Made by a program: the position numbers and the translations under genes
Shown: positions 25,206 through 38,600 of the stretch, one piece after another
Position numbering within the stretch: the stretch's first letter is position 1
Layout of the letters: each line of letters opens with the position of its first letter
NCBI GenBank assembly: GCA_043228905.1
Contig: JBHGNT010000022.1
Span: forward strand, 9,548,001-9,612,000
DNA: 64,000 nt
From: Azolla caroliniana
Lineage: Eukaryota > Plantae > Polypodiophyta
Direction: 5' to 3'
The notes under the pieces: model-generated
What the model was told of the DNA's origin: nothing
The model's database searches: none
Seen by the model: only the letters and a program-made list of their open reading frames with translations

Positions 25206-25570
25206 AAATCGCCCTTCATACATACATGTTCAAGAATGGTTTTGCTTTCTCCGTTTCTTCTCCATTTAGCTTCGTCTTCTTGGTTGAGCATTGAGAACTG
25301 CTCTTGCTCCATTTTCTTCTATACATGGCACATGGGGTTCTCATATATATATGAGGGTCTTCTTCTTCTTTTTACTAGGAGATTATTATATTGGGTACTG
25401 CCACCATGTATGTGATTTCGTGTTTGATCCTCTTCATTTCATCAAACTTCGTTAAACATGAGAGATCTGATCTGAAGAAGAATCACAAAATCATGTCTGG
25501 ATTTCCTTTGGGTGCATAAAACAGAGTATGTGGACTGTTATAATCATCATGGCCTACCATCATCTTCACC

Positions 25571-28252
25571 ATGTTTAAGTCGTGTGGAAAGACTGGCAGA
25601 TTCTGTGGACCCATTTCAGAAGGCGGCAATCTTACCGGAGCATCTTGTAATGCCATCATCCCATTATGTGCATCATCAGGCAATTATAGAGATGCCCTTC
25701 ATTTCTATTCGAGAATGCACCATGAGAATTGCGTTGGTCTTGATAAGACCACCGTCCTGTGCATAATAAAAGCATGTAGTAACAGCAAGGCCATCCATTA
25801 TGGCCACCATATCCATAATCAAACCTTTGAGCATGGGCTGGAGAATGATATCTTTATCGGAAATGCCATCATCGACATGTATGCTAAGTGTGGAAGCTTG
25901 AATGATGCCTATAAAAAGTTTGTTCAAATGCCGCATCATAGTGTTGTGTCTTGGGGTGCAATGGTCAATGCATACGTTCAACATGGGCAGGGTCATTCAG
26001 CTTTGAAACTGCTTAAATGGATGATTCTTGAAAATTTAGAAGAGCCCAACAAGGTGGTTTATCTTGGAGGCTTAAAAGCATGTAGTTGCATAAAGGACAT
26101 ACACTCTGGAAACCTTTTGTATAATAACATTATAGAGAAGAGCCTGGATTCAGATGTGGTCATCGTAAATTCAATCATCGATATGTATGCTAAGTGTGAA
26201 AAGATTGAAGATGCCCGAAAAGTTTTTGATGCCATATCATGCCCCACAGTGGTGTCATGGGGTGCAATGCTTGGTGGATATGTGAACAACAATCTTAATA
26301 TTATAGCCCTTGAGTTCTTTCAAAACATGCAAGAGAAGGGTATGAAGCCAAATATGGTCATTTTTCTATCTATTTTGAAAGCTTGTGGTAGTATCAGAGC
26401 CCTAGATCAAGGGAGACTTGTCCATAAACAAGTTAAAAGTTTCTCAAAGCTGGAGACTGTGATGGGTAACGCATTGATGGACATGTATGTTAGATGTGGA
26501 AACATGAAAGATGCGCACGAAGTTTTCAATGAATTAGCTACTCATGATTCAGCCTCATTTGATATTATGATTTCCGGATATAGTCACAATAAGCAAGCTC
26601 ATCTTGTGTTAGAGCTTCTCCTGTACATGGATTGGGATGGCATAACGCCAAACATATCTACATTTGTTCATGCATTGGCAGTATGTGGCAAATTAGCTCA
26701 AGGCCAAATGGTTCATTTCCTCGTCACTAAAGATGCATTAGATTCAGAGGTTGTCATAGGTACTTCCCTCATTTGCATGTATCAACAGCATGGTCATATC
26801 CAAGAGGCATCCAAGGTCTTTGAAAACTTGTCAACCCGAGATGTGGTTGCATGGGGAGCAATGATCGAGGCTTATGCTGAGAGTGGGGAAGGCTTAAATG
26901 CTCTCAAACTATTGGAGAAAATGGAAGAACAGGGCTCACATCCCAACACACCTATACTGTTGTCTGCTCTAAAAGCATGTTCTAGCACAGAGATCATAAA
27001 CAAAGGAAGGATTGTACACAATCACATTGTAAAGGATGGAGCTGAACAAGAAGCATTGGTTGGGAGTTCACTCATTCACATGTATGTCAAGTGTGGGAGC
27101 CTAACTGAAGCTTGTAAGACATTCAAGAATTTGGTCATTAAGGACACCGTGTCTTGGAGCAGTCTAATATTGGGATATGCCCAAACTGTTGGGTATGGCC
27201 ATCATGCTCTCGAACTCTTTGAAGAAATGCTTCAAAATCAAATTGAATTGGACGAAGGGGTCTATCTGTCAGTTATTATGGCATGTGCCAACATGCAAGC
27301 CATTAGTGACGGTAGGTTAATACATATCTACATAGTTTGTAATGGAATCGAACTGGGGGTATCTATCAATGGCGCATTAGTTGACTTCTACACCAAGTGT
27401 GGGACCATGGATGATGCTTCTAGAGTTTTTGGTACATTGCCCAAATCTAGCATCTTGCCATGGGGTCTCATGCTAGCTGGCTATGTCCAAGGAGGTCATC
27501 TAAGCTCGGCCTTTGAGCTCTTTGAACAAATGGAGAAGGAGAGGGTGGAGCTTGATGAAGCCATGATCTTGAGCCTTATGAAGGTGTTCAGCGGTATTGG
27601 ATCAATAAAGAAAGGGAATATGGTTCATGAGCTTATCGTCAAGAGTAGCCAAGAATCCAATATTACTCTCAGTAATGCCTTGGTTGATATGTACGGTAAG
27701 TGTGGGAGCATCTATGAAGCAACAAAAGTGTTCAACAATGTACCATGCAAGGATGCAGTCACGTGGGGTGCGATGATCACGGCAGTTGCTCAGCATGGCC
27801 ATTACACAAAGGTAGGAGAGTATGTTGAACAAATGCAAGCCGAAGGGTTGAGACCAACGGAGATAATCTATATTAACATTCTTGCTGCTTGTAGCCACGG
27901 GGGTTTCTTGCATCGAGGATATGCTTCTTTTACATTGATGAGAGAAGAGCATGGAATTAGACCAAATATCAAGCACTACAGTGGCATGGCCGACCTTTTG
28001 AGCCGTGTGGGCCATCTCAGGAAGGCCAAGGATTTACTCCATAGCATGCCAAGTGCACCCGATCTCTTGGGCTGGACATCGCTTCTAACAAGCTGCAAAA
28101 CATATGGACATGTCAGCATAGGGACACATTGCCATGAGCAAGTGTTTGAGTTAGACACAAATCATGATTTAAGAGAGATTCTTGAAGAAATAAGCACAAA
28201 TCAAAAGGACTTCGACTCTGAACACATACCATCTCTCTATCAGTCTTATTAA
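25571..28252 (+). CDS. PLS-class pentatricopeptide repeat protein with truncated E extension (no DYW); putative organellar RNA-editing factor
   Basis: 893-aa intronless ORF with repeated P-L-S triplets (GNAIIDMYAKCGSL..VVSWGAM..LKACS), P2-L2-S2 (ILAACSHGGFL, HYSGMADLLSRVG), then E1-like PDLLGWTSLLTSCKTYG and an unrelated tail. Confidence 0.93.
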   Translation: MFKSCGKTGRFCGPISEGGNLTGASCNAIIPLCASSGNYRDALHFYSRMHHENCVGLDKTTVLCIIKACSNSKAIHYGHHIHNQTFEHGLENDIFIGNAIIDMYAKCGSLNDAYKKFVQMPHHSVVSWGAMVNAYVQHGQGHSALKLLKWMILENLEEPNKVVYLGGLKACSCIKDIHSGNLLYNNIIEKSLDSDVVIVNSIIDMYAKCEKIEDARKVFDAISCPTVVSWGAMLGGYVNNNLNIIALEFFQNMQEKGMKPNMVIFLSILKACGSIRALDQGRLVHKQVKSFSKLETVMGNALMDMYVRCGNMKDAHEVFNELATHDSASFDIMISGYSHNKQAHLVLELLLYMDWDGITPNISTFVHALAVCGKLAQGQMVHFLVTKDALDSEVVIGTSLICMYQQHGHIQEASKVFENLSTRDVVAWGAMIEAYAESGEGLNALKLLEKMEEQGSHPNTPILLSALKACSSTEIINKGRIVHNHIVKDGAEQEALVGSSLIHMYVKCGSLTEACKTFKNLVIKDTVSWSSLILGYAQTVGYGHHALELFEEMLQNQIELDEGVYLSVIMACANMQAISDGRLIHIYIVCNGIELGVSINGALVDFYTKCGTMDDASRVFGTLPKSSILPWGLMLAGYVQGGHLSSAFELFEQMEKERVELDEAMILSLMKVFSGIGSIKKGNMVHELIVKSSQESNITLSNALVDMYGKCGSIYEATKVFNNVPCKDAVTWGAMITAVAQHGHYTKVGEYVEQMQAEGLRPTEIIYINILAACSHGGFLHRGYASFTLMREEHGIRPNIKHYSGMADLLSRVGHLRKAKDLLHSMPSAPDLLGWTSLLTSCKTYGHVSIGTHCHEQVFELDTNHDLREILEEISTNQKDFDSEHIPSLYQSY

Positions 28253-30010
28253 AAGGGGTGGATAGGTGGCAGCGTACTGAATCACTCTTGTATAATATAT
28301 AAAGGACTTGTACATTGCATTTGATAAAAGAATAATTAGCCCACATTCTTTATTTCTATTCTTTTTACTTATTCAATAGAGACGGCAATGGAAAACATAG
28401 ATATATGCAAACAGAGTCTGAGGTGTTGTAGCTATTAATGAGCATGATCTTGGTTTTCTTCCATCCCCATGAGAGAATGACACAAACTCCCTATATTGGG
28501 TGATCGTGTAAATTTCGTAGGAAATTGGCAAACTGACAAAGCAAAACATGTTAGCTGATGCCATCGAGAAGAAGAAAACCAGCAATGAGCTTTGAAATGT
28601 TATTGCATAAGAAAATGCCTACTTGGGGATGGAGAGAAAGAAAAAAGAAAGGCAAGGTAGCAAAGAAAGAAAGTACAGCTGAATTGGTGTGTTTGAGAAA
28701 CAACGGGCCTTGGTTACATTTCCATTCCATTGACATCTGCTTACTCAATTCACTTGAGGTTCGCTATCTACATATGATGGAATCTTTGGACAAGATTGCT
28801 GTGGGAAGGATCATTTTCTCAAGTCATTACATACACCCTCATGTTCCATATTCATTTATTAAATATAAGCGGAAATATGTCGTGCTTGCAAAAAGGTTGG
28901 ATTAATGAAAAGGGTTAATGTCCCAACTCAAGATCTAGGATATTAGCATTAGGTAAGACAAACTACAAGGAAGATGGCTCATAATTACAAGGCCATGGTT
29001 AATTTTCATATGACCACTATTCAACACCCCATCTATGGTTGATTAGCTCATCATCTAGCTAGTTGCCCTCTTAATATATGAATAATATTCAGGTCCATTT
29101 TTCTACCATCATCTTTTGAAGTACAATACAATAACACATATGAAGCCTTAGTCAAGAGGGGGCGAAATCCCGAAACAGAAACGGTGAGGAGCTTTGATCG
29201 ACAACATCACTCCCAAAACCCATTTCTAGAGACTAAAATCTACAACCTTTAACATTGCAACAATTGAAAGCACAAGCTTTACCACACCATCCTCATTAAA
29301 TATTTGAAGGCATTAAGATAACGAAGATCATCTCAGAGATAAGTCTGGAACTATGGTAGCCTATTAGTGGTAGTTGACCTCAACATATTGTCATGCATTA
29401 TATTAATGTAAACTACTATGTTTCTACTACTATGCTACTGCTCCTAAAGGTTAAGGTTGAGGTTGAATAGATGAGATGGTAATGTATGGGACTAACTTCA
29501 TCATCAAATTCATCATCAAAGTGCACGAATGGACTCTATAGACAACTTCCTTGTCAAAGTCCATATATGGACTCTCTAAGGCATACATGTAGTGATTATT
29601 TGATTGTCTTCAATGCGATTCAAACATAACAAGAATCTGAGAAAGAATCTTTTCTTTGAAACAAATTAGTAATAATCCTAGAATCACTGCACCTATGGAC
29701 ACTTTTCACAAAAATTCCACAAAACAACAAAGGTAGAGTGATATTTAGGGTTTGAGAACACAATCATTTCATGAGTTTTTGAACTTCAAAAACACCGATC
29801 AATAGAAAGATAAGAGGTGATCAATTATGTGGCATTAAATAGGCATGGATCGAAAACAATGGTCTCAGGGTATTGTTGCAGGATTCCTGGATTGTTGGAA
29901 GTTAGTAATTAGTAAGAAAATGTTAAATAATGTGCCTGGATTGTTAGTAAATTAGCTATTATTGACAATGGGATACATAGACCATCATCAATGTTGTAAA
30001 TGTTGTTACC

Positions 30011-30061
30011 CATACATACACACATACACACATACATGCATACATACATACATACATACAT

Positions 30062-30094
<33 letters not shown>

Positions 30095-31236
30095 TAAATA
30101 GATACATAAAAACGTATGTATGTATGTATGTATGTATGTATGGGTCACAAGAAGCATAACAAGAGGTCATCGCTGAATTCACGACATGGCGGTCGGGAAG
30201 GTCGGCCACCTGCGGTCACGCGGCGTATGCATACGGGGCACGTCGAGCTTCTCCGCAGCCATTCATCCACGCATCGCCTGTGGAACTTGTGCCCACAATG
30301 GAGTTGTCTTAGGTGATCATCCTCAGTGTATTCATCCAAGCATATGCAACACATCTACAAACATAAGGGGGAATAAAAATTCAATGAGACGCCCAATCAT
30401 GGAACTTACAAAAAAACAACTGCACAAAAGTATAAAGTATACACATACATATACAGTTATACTTATAAACATACACAAGTATACATGTACATGTACATGT
30501 ACATATTGTACACATACATACACATATACATATTGTAAACATACATACACATATACATATTGTAAACATACATAAACATATACATATTGTACACATACAT
30601 ACACATATACATATACTTATATATATACATATACTTGTGTAATGTATACATATATATAGAGAGAGAGAGAAGAGAGACCATGTCATTGGGGCTTTTGCAA
30701 GTAGTTGCAGAGTGGTATGAGTGAGGATGAGAGTGGGAGAAGACAGAGGTAATGGTGTGATCATGAGGACAGGGATTAGCACCATAGGACCCCTGCTTCT
30801 CATCTCTTTCTTCTTCTTCTTCTTCTTCTTCTTGATGATGATGGTGGTGATGATGATAAACCTCCGGGTTGGAAGAGCAGAGAGATTCTGCAGAGTAGCA
30901 GAAACAGAGGAAGACCATGGATAGGAGGAGGAGGGGGATGAGGCAAGTGATGCATCCAATGTAGAACAGCATCCATTTGAGTGCTCTGTTTTTTGTTCAC
31001 ACAAAAAGAAAAGGGGGGGCAAAATGGGGAGTTTAAGCAAAGTAGAGGAGACAGAGGGGCATTCTATGTAAATAGAAAAAGCTTGGTTTGATCCTTCACA
31101 CAATCACAAAACTTCAAAGACTTGTATGTATGTATGTATGTATGTATGTATGTATGTATGTATTGTATGAATGTTATGTAATGTATGTATGTATGTATGT
31201 ATTGTATGAATGCTATGTAATGTATGTATGTATGTA
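30011..31236. repeat. Compound (TACA)n/(TATG)n/(CA)n microsatellites in the introns and 3' flank of the RING gene
   Basis: Blocks at 30011-30141, 30440-30670 and 31124-31236. Confidence 0.95.
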
Positions 31237-31322
31237 CTAAATGTTCATTCTCTGGGTTCACTACATTGTTGTCACCTTCGTACATACGCCAATGGCAACC
31301 TGAAGCTAAAGTTTAAGCCCAT
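30145..31322 (-). CDS. Transmembrane RING-H2 E3 ubiquitin ligase (ATL-like), 3 coding exons: 31322-31288, 30985-30679, 30354-30145 (183 aa)
   Basis: GT-AG splice sites are in phase. Product [40 protein letters not shown] (hydrophobic helix), a His/Glu-rich linker, then [36 protein letters not shown] (C3H2C3). Confidence 0.88.
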
Positions 31323-32399
31323 CTTTGCATGTGCTCTCTGCGCGGACACATTTGAGAGATTCTGGGGAGCAAGGCGTAGCCAAGAACTCCCCACGGGTGA
31401 GAAAGTGTGACAGGGTTGCACGACATTTCAGAAAACGTAGAGAGTTTCTATGGCAAATACTTGCTAACCTAATAAGACATTGAGAGAGCTCCTAGGGACA
31501 CAATATGCAATTATACTAACATCATGATATATGTTTTATGGGCAAGAACAAAAAAAAAATGTGAATGTTCAGAGCTTTCACATACCAAATGCCACAATGT
31601 TTAAGAATGTACGTAAAACATAAGGGAAGAGTACAAAAAGCCTTTTACTAAAGCACTCTTAAGAGTAAAACAGTTACAATGTTGAGCAACATGCATAATA
31701 AACATAAGGGAAATAAATGTACAAAACATTTTGTGTGCCTAGCTCATTTGTCATACACATTAAGATTGATTTTCTCTTAATAACAACTAGATGTTACTTA
31801 TTCTAGATTTAGCTGGCATTTGTTTTTCCTTGTTAAGTAATACCTGCATAGCATTGGCGAGTCGCTCATTGGCCTACCCTCGAAAACATGCACATTGAGC
31901 AAAATAAACCACATGGTTGTGGCACATTCGAATGCAAACCTCGACCATGCTTTCTCAGACATCTGAAATAAATAGAGATACCCCAAGAAGAAATGTTTGG
32001 GAGAGGAAAGAACAAAATGATTTGTCCCCCCCCTTCTCCTCGAAAGAAGGCAATTGATATCGATGAATGAGCGAAACACACACCTTATAAAGAAACCATT
32101 CACCCATTCAACATATTTATGTGTCACCTTCCTCTTTATTATCTCATTTATTGGTTGGTGTCTTAGACCTGCCCCCGGCCTACCATCATCATTCTTCCTC
32201 AAAGCTACATTTACCATAAGGGTAAATCATGTATCAAAAGTATCCATTGGATCACGTGTAATACCCACTACCAATATTGAAAATATCAGTTTTACCCCTC
32301 GTAATGTCGAAGTAAAAGTAATATGTATTCTCAAGAATACTAGTGAGAGCGAGGGTGGAATTGAGATTAACCATAAAAATAAGAGTTTAATTTAGTGCT

Positions 32400-35100
32400 A
32401 TTTGAAGGTTTGTTTTGTTCTATGCATTTTTTTTCCTTTTAAATTTTTGAAGAAAAATTGTACTCTATCTCGGCATAACTAGAGTGAACCAAACTTGACA
32501 CTTTTTGAACATCACCAACCCTGTGGCATTAATTCGAAACTGAACATTTTCAAAACATATATGACACTAGATTGATCATCCCTATTCATCACTTTGAAAT
32601 ACTCGCTATTAATCATGAACATGATAGTGGTCCATTTTTTGTTACTCATTGAAACATGATAGTGGTCTATTTTTGCTAAATGTTCTAGGTCATGAACTCA
32701 CAAAGGAGATCCCAATTCCCCATCCTAAAAGTGTGACACCTAATAGTAGAGTGACTATGACAAAACTTTCGTGAATATTGTTGAAGTCATAAATGGTAAC
32801 ATTACCCATTAAACAAAGAATTGACTTAGAATGGGGGCTTTGCGTTATTATTAAAACAAGGATAAGTTCATGTGATAAAGGTAGCAAGAGAGAAAAAGAA
32901 AAAGAATTTTTGGTGGGCCATGGAATTGTTTATTGTAAATGGGAAAAAACCATAAGCTTCCTTGTCAACAAACTCTCGCTCTCAACAAATTTCCAACAAA
33001 AACTTTACCCAATATTTTGGTTGAAAAGGATTTTTGGTAAGGAAATTTCGTGACCAAAGCTACTTTCCAATAAAGTTAACACGTGTTTCTTCTAGAGTTA
33101 GGAACTTTTGCCTCCCAATCTACTTTTCCAATAAAATTGACACTTATCTCCTCCGCGATCGTTTCTTCGAAGTGGACAGTAATCTCCTTGGGTAGATTGA
33201 ATTTATTTCATGCAACTTCTCTTATGTAAAGGTAGCATTACAACTTTTTGGCCGACACTTCACAAGTGTCTTGTCATACTCCCTCAAGCACCTAAATGAT
33301 AAAGCATCATTATATGCATATAGCCAACTATTCACAAAGGAATATCTACCACATCTACCATACAACCATCTAATAATACCTTTAAGTATAACATATAGAA
33401 TGTATTGAAGGAGCAACTAAAACTCATTTGATAATCCATAAGAAATCGACTGCTTACAATTCACAAGCCAACGTTCAACAAGTTGCCAACCATAAGGTTG
33501 GTAAATTAAAGTAAAAGTTGAATGAGACCTTCTCATTATAATTACTCTTATAGTTGTCGTAATTCATAGACACCATGATATCCATGAATATTCACCATAT
33601 ACGTCTATTTAAATACCACACTATCCACTAATATTGCACACAAAGATATGAATAAACACATGAAAGAAGTTGCTTGCATAAACTTATATATTACAAACAT
33701 CAATATTGTCCACCAAGTGTAACTCCCAAAACGCGTGAATAAGGGTTTGTGTGCATGGTGTCATTCATATAATCTAAAGGTTTAAGTACATGCATAGCTT
33801 ATTTGTGTCAATCATATTCCAAAAGGAAAGAAACAAGCATGCCTTATAGCATTTTCCAAATTGTAGAGAGACAACTGTAACAATGATCTTTTTGTTTAGT
33901 TTGCCATCACCCAAAATTCAAAAGTGTTCGAAGGAGGTTCGAAAGTATGTGCGAAGTAGTTTACATACTATCATTTATCAAATATCAACTCTTAAAAGTT
34001 TTTATCACATCCTTGTGTAAAAATTTCCAACAATAGTTGTTCTAATGTGAGAAGAGACCAAGAACATGCTTCATAAAACGCTATCTAAATTATCATCTCC
34101 CGCTCACTAAACCACACCATGAGCAAAAAGAATCAAGCATGACACCTTAGAACAGGTGATTGGTGATTACTATAAGCAAAACAACCATTATCCAAGATTA
34201 TCTACTCAATACTTACACTGAGAAAGCCTTTGTTTGCAAAATTGTGTTTCATTTATTGGAGGTGAAACACATCATTAGATGTATGACTAGGCTCACCTTT
34301 GAAAACTCTTGAGAATCAGCAAAGAGTTTACATTACATCAAGGTTATTAGATGTCTCAATTTAAATGGCCTTTATTAGCACAAGGAACATAATTGTATGT
34401 ACGCAAAAATCCTACACAATCACGATAAAGCAATGAAAACCCACTAGATTATATTAAAAGAGGAATTACAAATGATCAAGAAACACAACATCCATTATAA
34501 GCTTATTCAAACGGCTATAGTGACAGTAGATGCCCCCTAGCTTAAACTTGTGTTTGTAGGAATTGCCACAAATTGTTTTGTCATCAATCTAGGACTCAAA
34601 TTATCAATGTAAACTTGTAATTTTATTAATGATAACATAATCAATACACATGATTCAATGACCAACTTCCTTTCAACCAAAAGTACAACATTTAGAATAG
34701 TGAGGCCTAATGCACCCTTGCTCTTCGTGAAGGTTCATCATCTACTTCGTTGTCGATAATTGAAGTTGTGAGCTCCATTTATTGCTCCAAAAGTTTGGGA
34801 GATGATGAACACAAGAAACTTTCCATTTTATAAACTCATTATTCTCTTGGCTAATGATGTAGATATCAATGTTTGTTAAGAAATTGCCATGTGCTTCCAA
34901 CAACCTTGAGATCAAGATTGGTGCAATAGAAAAGCCTACATGTAAAAAAAACTAGAATATAAGACTCTTATGGCTATCCTTATGTGGAAAAACCTAAACT
35001 ATTGTGTAACACAATAAAAGTCACTTTTGTGCCATTTGAATAAGTTTCTTCACTTTCTCATCACTTAGATTAGAGCTCTACTTTCTCTTTCTCTCATTAA
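32400..35100 (-). mobile_element. Possible very old gypsy (Tat-like) remnant that hosts the 25-kb copia
   Basis: Only weak protease-adjacent traces (GIIR..VDVVDIPL) near 33220-33420; no long ORF. Confidence 0.25.
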
Positions 35101-35176
35101 TCTCTGTAAAGAATGAATGGAGAGAAATTTAGTGCATCGGAAGATGATTGTGTGTGTGTGTGTGCACGTAAGACAC

Positions 35177-35276
<100 letters not shown>

Positions 35277-35647
35277 AACAAGACATTGTATACTACTTCC
35301 AATGACAACTAAGTTACAAAGGGTTGGTTTAAATACCAACTAGGCTAGGGCAAGTGCCCTTTCAACTATTTACAAAACTAGCTTGGTGTGTCCATGAGCT
35401 AGTGTGAAACCTATCTCTATGGGAAGTTGAGTTCGACTTTCAACACGCCCCTTCAAATACAACTTCCATCTGTCAAAAAGTTGTTTTGGTTCAGTCTTCG
35501 AAGTACTTTGATTCGAATGAATCGGCTTCTGGCTTTTGTAATCCTACTCATCCGAAATCTTGTTCAAATTTTCGGCTTCATGTTCCTTGTTCGGCTCAAC
35601 TATTGCCATCGTACTTCGAATCATCTGGTCGTCTTTGATCAACTGAT

Positions 35648-38600
35648 TGTCAGGAGCAATATTGAAACAAAGAAGTACTGTCAGGAACAGTACTAAAACA
35701 GAGAAGGAATTAGTACTAAAAGATGAGGATTAGTACAAAGAGAGGTGTAGAACTCTCTAGGGAAGGAAAGAGTGAGTGAGAGAGAGAGAATAAGGATAAC
35801 AAAAGATATATTATGTTAAGGGAATATACAATAGTAGCTAGGAGGCTTAAGACTGGCGTTGAACCGATTTGGTTCGAAATAATGCCTTGTGCCTCCTTTT
35901 ATAGTGTTCTTAGGAGTACTCCTGAAGTTTCTAGAATGTTCCAAAGAAATCTGGAATATACATCAATTTTCTATAGTAACACTTAAATGAAAATAATATC
36001 CTTCGTATTATAATACATAGCCTAGTGGTAAGAGCTCGACCATGTAACATAAGGTCATGGGTTTGAGTTTTACCATATCATGACACTATCCCCCCTTTAA
36101 AACGACGAGTGTCACGAGTCGTTTTGGATTGAGGACCCGGTTTGTCTGGATATTGACGATGGAAGTCTTTAAGAAGAGCACGAGCATTGGTCACATTTCC
36201 TTATCTGTTCCCAGGTACGCTCGTTGGGACTATATCCTAGCCAATTGACTAAATAGTAGAGCTTGTTGCGAACAATCTTGGAATCGAGGATGGCGGCAAC
36301 CTCGTACTCAGGTCCATCTTCAAGTTTGATCAGGGGTGGAGGTGGTTTAATACGAGTGTTTGATTTGTTCGTTCTGCTTGGCCGTCTGTTTGCGGATGGT
36401 AGCCGGATGAGAGGTTACAAATGACCTTAAGCATTTTAAAGAGGTGCTTCCAGAACTTCGAGACGAACTGGGGTCCATGGTCGTTGATGATACTAGCGGG
36501 AAGGCCATGATGCCGACATACTTCACGTAGGACAATTTCAGTGGTTTCTTCACTAGAGATTTCCTAAGTACATGGCAGGAAATGGGCCATTTTCGTATAT
36601 CGATCTACTATTGTTAAGATCGTATTGAATCCCTTAGAGACCGAAAGATCTGTGATGAAATCTAGGGCAATGAATTGCCATGGCTTGCTTGGAATTGGTA
36701 ATGGTTCTAATAAACCATATGGATGATGCCTTGGCATTTTTGCTCTACAACATGTATCACAAGTCTGAACAAAATCTTCGACAAATTGTCGCATATGGGG
36801 CCACCAAAATTATCGTTGTACTAAATCTAGTGTTTTAGTACTACCAAAATGCCCAGCTATAAATGTGTCGTGACAGTTTTGGACTACTTGAAAGCGACAA
36901 GTACCATTAGTAACATATAAGAGTTTCTTAACGAATTGTAATCCATCATGACATTCGAATTGTTGATAGACCGTACCTGGTTGTTGCTACTGTGAACAAG
37001 ATGCTCGAGAGGGATCAATTTGTGCTAGAATGGCTTGAGCGAAAGCATCTGTCTTCAAGTCCTCACGTATGGTATCAATAACGTAGGAATCCAAGGGCAT
37101 ACCGAAGACTAGCATTGCTTGCAGTCACACCAGTCCCAGGATTACTTGCTTTTGGTTATCAAAAGTTGGTTCACTGGGACGCGGTGCTAGATACGAGCAT
37201 CGTGATAATGCATCTGCCTTCCCTTGTTGCTTCCCCGAACGATATGTAATTTTGAAGTCGAAACAAGTGAGGAATTGGGCCCACCGAGCTTGACATCAAT
37301 TTAACACACGAGCATTCCAAAAGTAGGCAAGGTTTTTGTGATCACTAAATACGATGACTTGATGAGAAGACCCCTCTAGAAAATTCCTCCATTGCGTAAA
37401 AGAGTCCACTATTGCTAATAGCTCCTTATCATGAATTTCATAGTTGATTTCCGCGGCATCAAACTTGCGTGAATGGAAAGCCACAGGATGTAGCTTTTCA
37501 TCATCGCCTTGTTGAGACAGAATGCTACCCAAGGCGAAATCTGACGCGTCTACTTCAATGATGAATGGTCTTTCTAGATCAACATGAGCTAAAATAGGAG
37601 CTAATGTAAATGCCTTCTTAAGACTCTCAAAATCCATGTCCGCTTCTTCAGACCAAACGAACGATTGTCCCTTCCTGGTATGTGTGTGAGAGGCAGAACA
37701 AGCTTTGAGTAATCCTGTATGAACTTGTGGTATAAATTGGCAAAGCCTAAAAAGCATTGCACATCTCGCAATGAATGCGGAGTCTGCCACTCTACCACCA
37801 TTTTGACCTTAGCTGGATCCATGGAGATGTCTTCCGAGGAAATGACATAGCCCAAAAATTCTACCTAGTTGCACCCAAAACTACATTTTTCCAGCTTTGC
37901 ATAAAGATCATGTTCTCAAAGTCATTTTAGTACTAACAGTACATGAGAATCATGCTCTTCTTGGGTCTTCAAATAAGTTACTAGTAGATCATCCAAATAG
38001 ATGATCAAAAAATCATCCAAGTGATCTTGGAATATATCATTTGCCATGTGCTGGAAGACTGTTGGTGCATTAGTGAGGCCGAATGGCATGACCGTATACT
38101 CGAAGTGCCCATATCTGGTGCGAAACGCAGTCTTCCATTCATCTCCTGGTCAGATCCGTACGAGGTTATATGATCCTCGTAATTCAATCTTTGTGAAGAA
38201 CCTTGCACCATTTATCTGTTCTAAAAGACTTGAGATAAGGGGAAGTGCATACCTATTCCTGATGGTGACTTTATTCAATCCACGGTAATCTATGACGAGA
38301 CAAAGTGATCCATCCTTTTTCTTGACGAAGAAAATGGGTGCGCCGGCTGGTGATTTCGAATGTCGAATGAAACCATTTGCCAAATTCTCCTCTATATAGG
38401 CTCGAAGAACTTCTAGCTCGGTTGGTGACAAATTGTAGATCGGTCCCAATGGTGGCTCTTTTCCAGGTTGTAAATTGATGGGGAAATTATGCGGTCGATG
38501 GTGAGGAAGTGTATTGGCTCGTACTTTATTGAACACATCGGCATAATGACGATACTTCTTTGGAAGTTGAACGGTGGACTCCTCTTTATTGATATTGGAG

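Noticed and set aside
28373-28905. Short ORFs downstream of the PPR gene as a DYW exon or separate gene
   Set aside because: No HxE/CxxC deaminase motif or other recognisable signature.
29909-30604. Cys/Tyr/Val-rich or His/Thr-rich ORFs
   Set aside because: Translations of (TACA)n microsatellites; only the RING exon is real.
31798-32395. Overlapping 113-139-aa ORFs
   Set aside because: No recognisable domain or convincing splice structure.
36018-36075. Functional tRNA genes here and at 45347, 51530 and 24545
   Set aside because: A/B boxes are present but there are no proper acceptor or anticodon stems, and all lie within LTRs.
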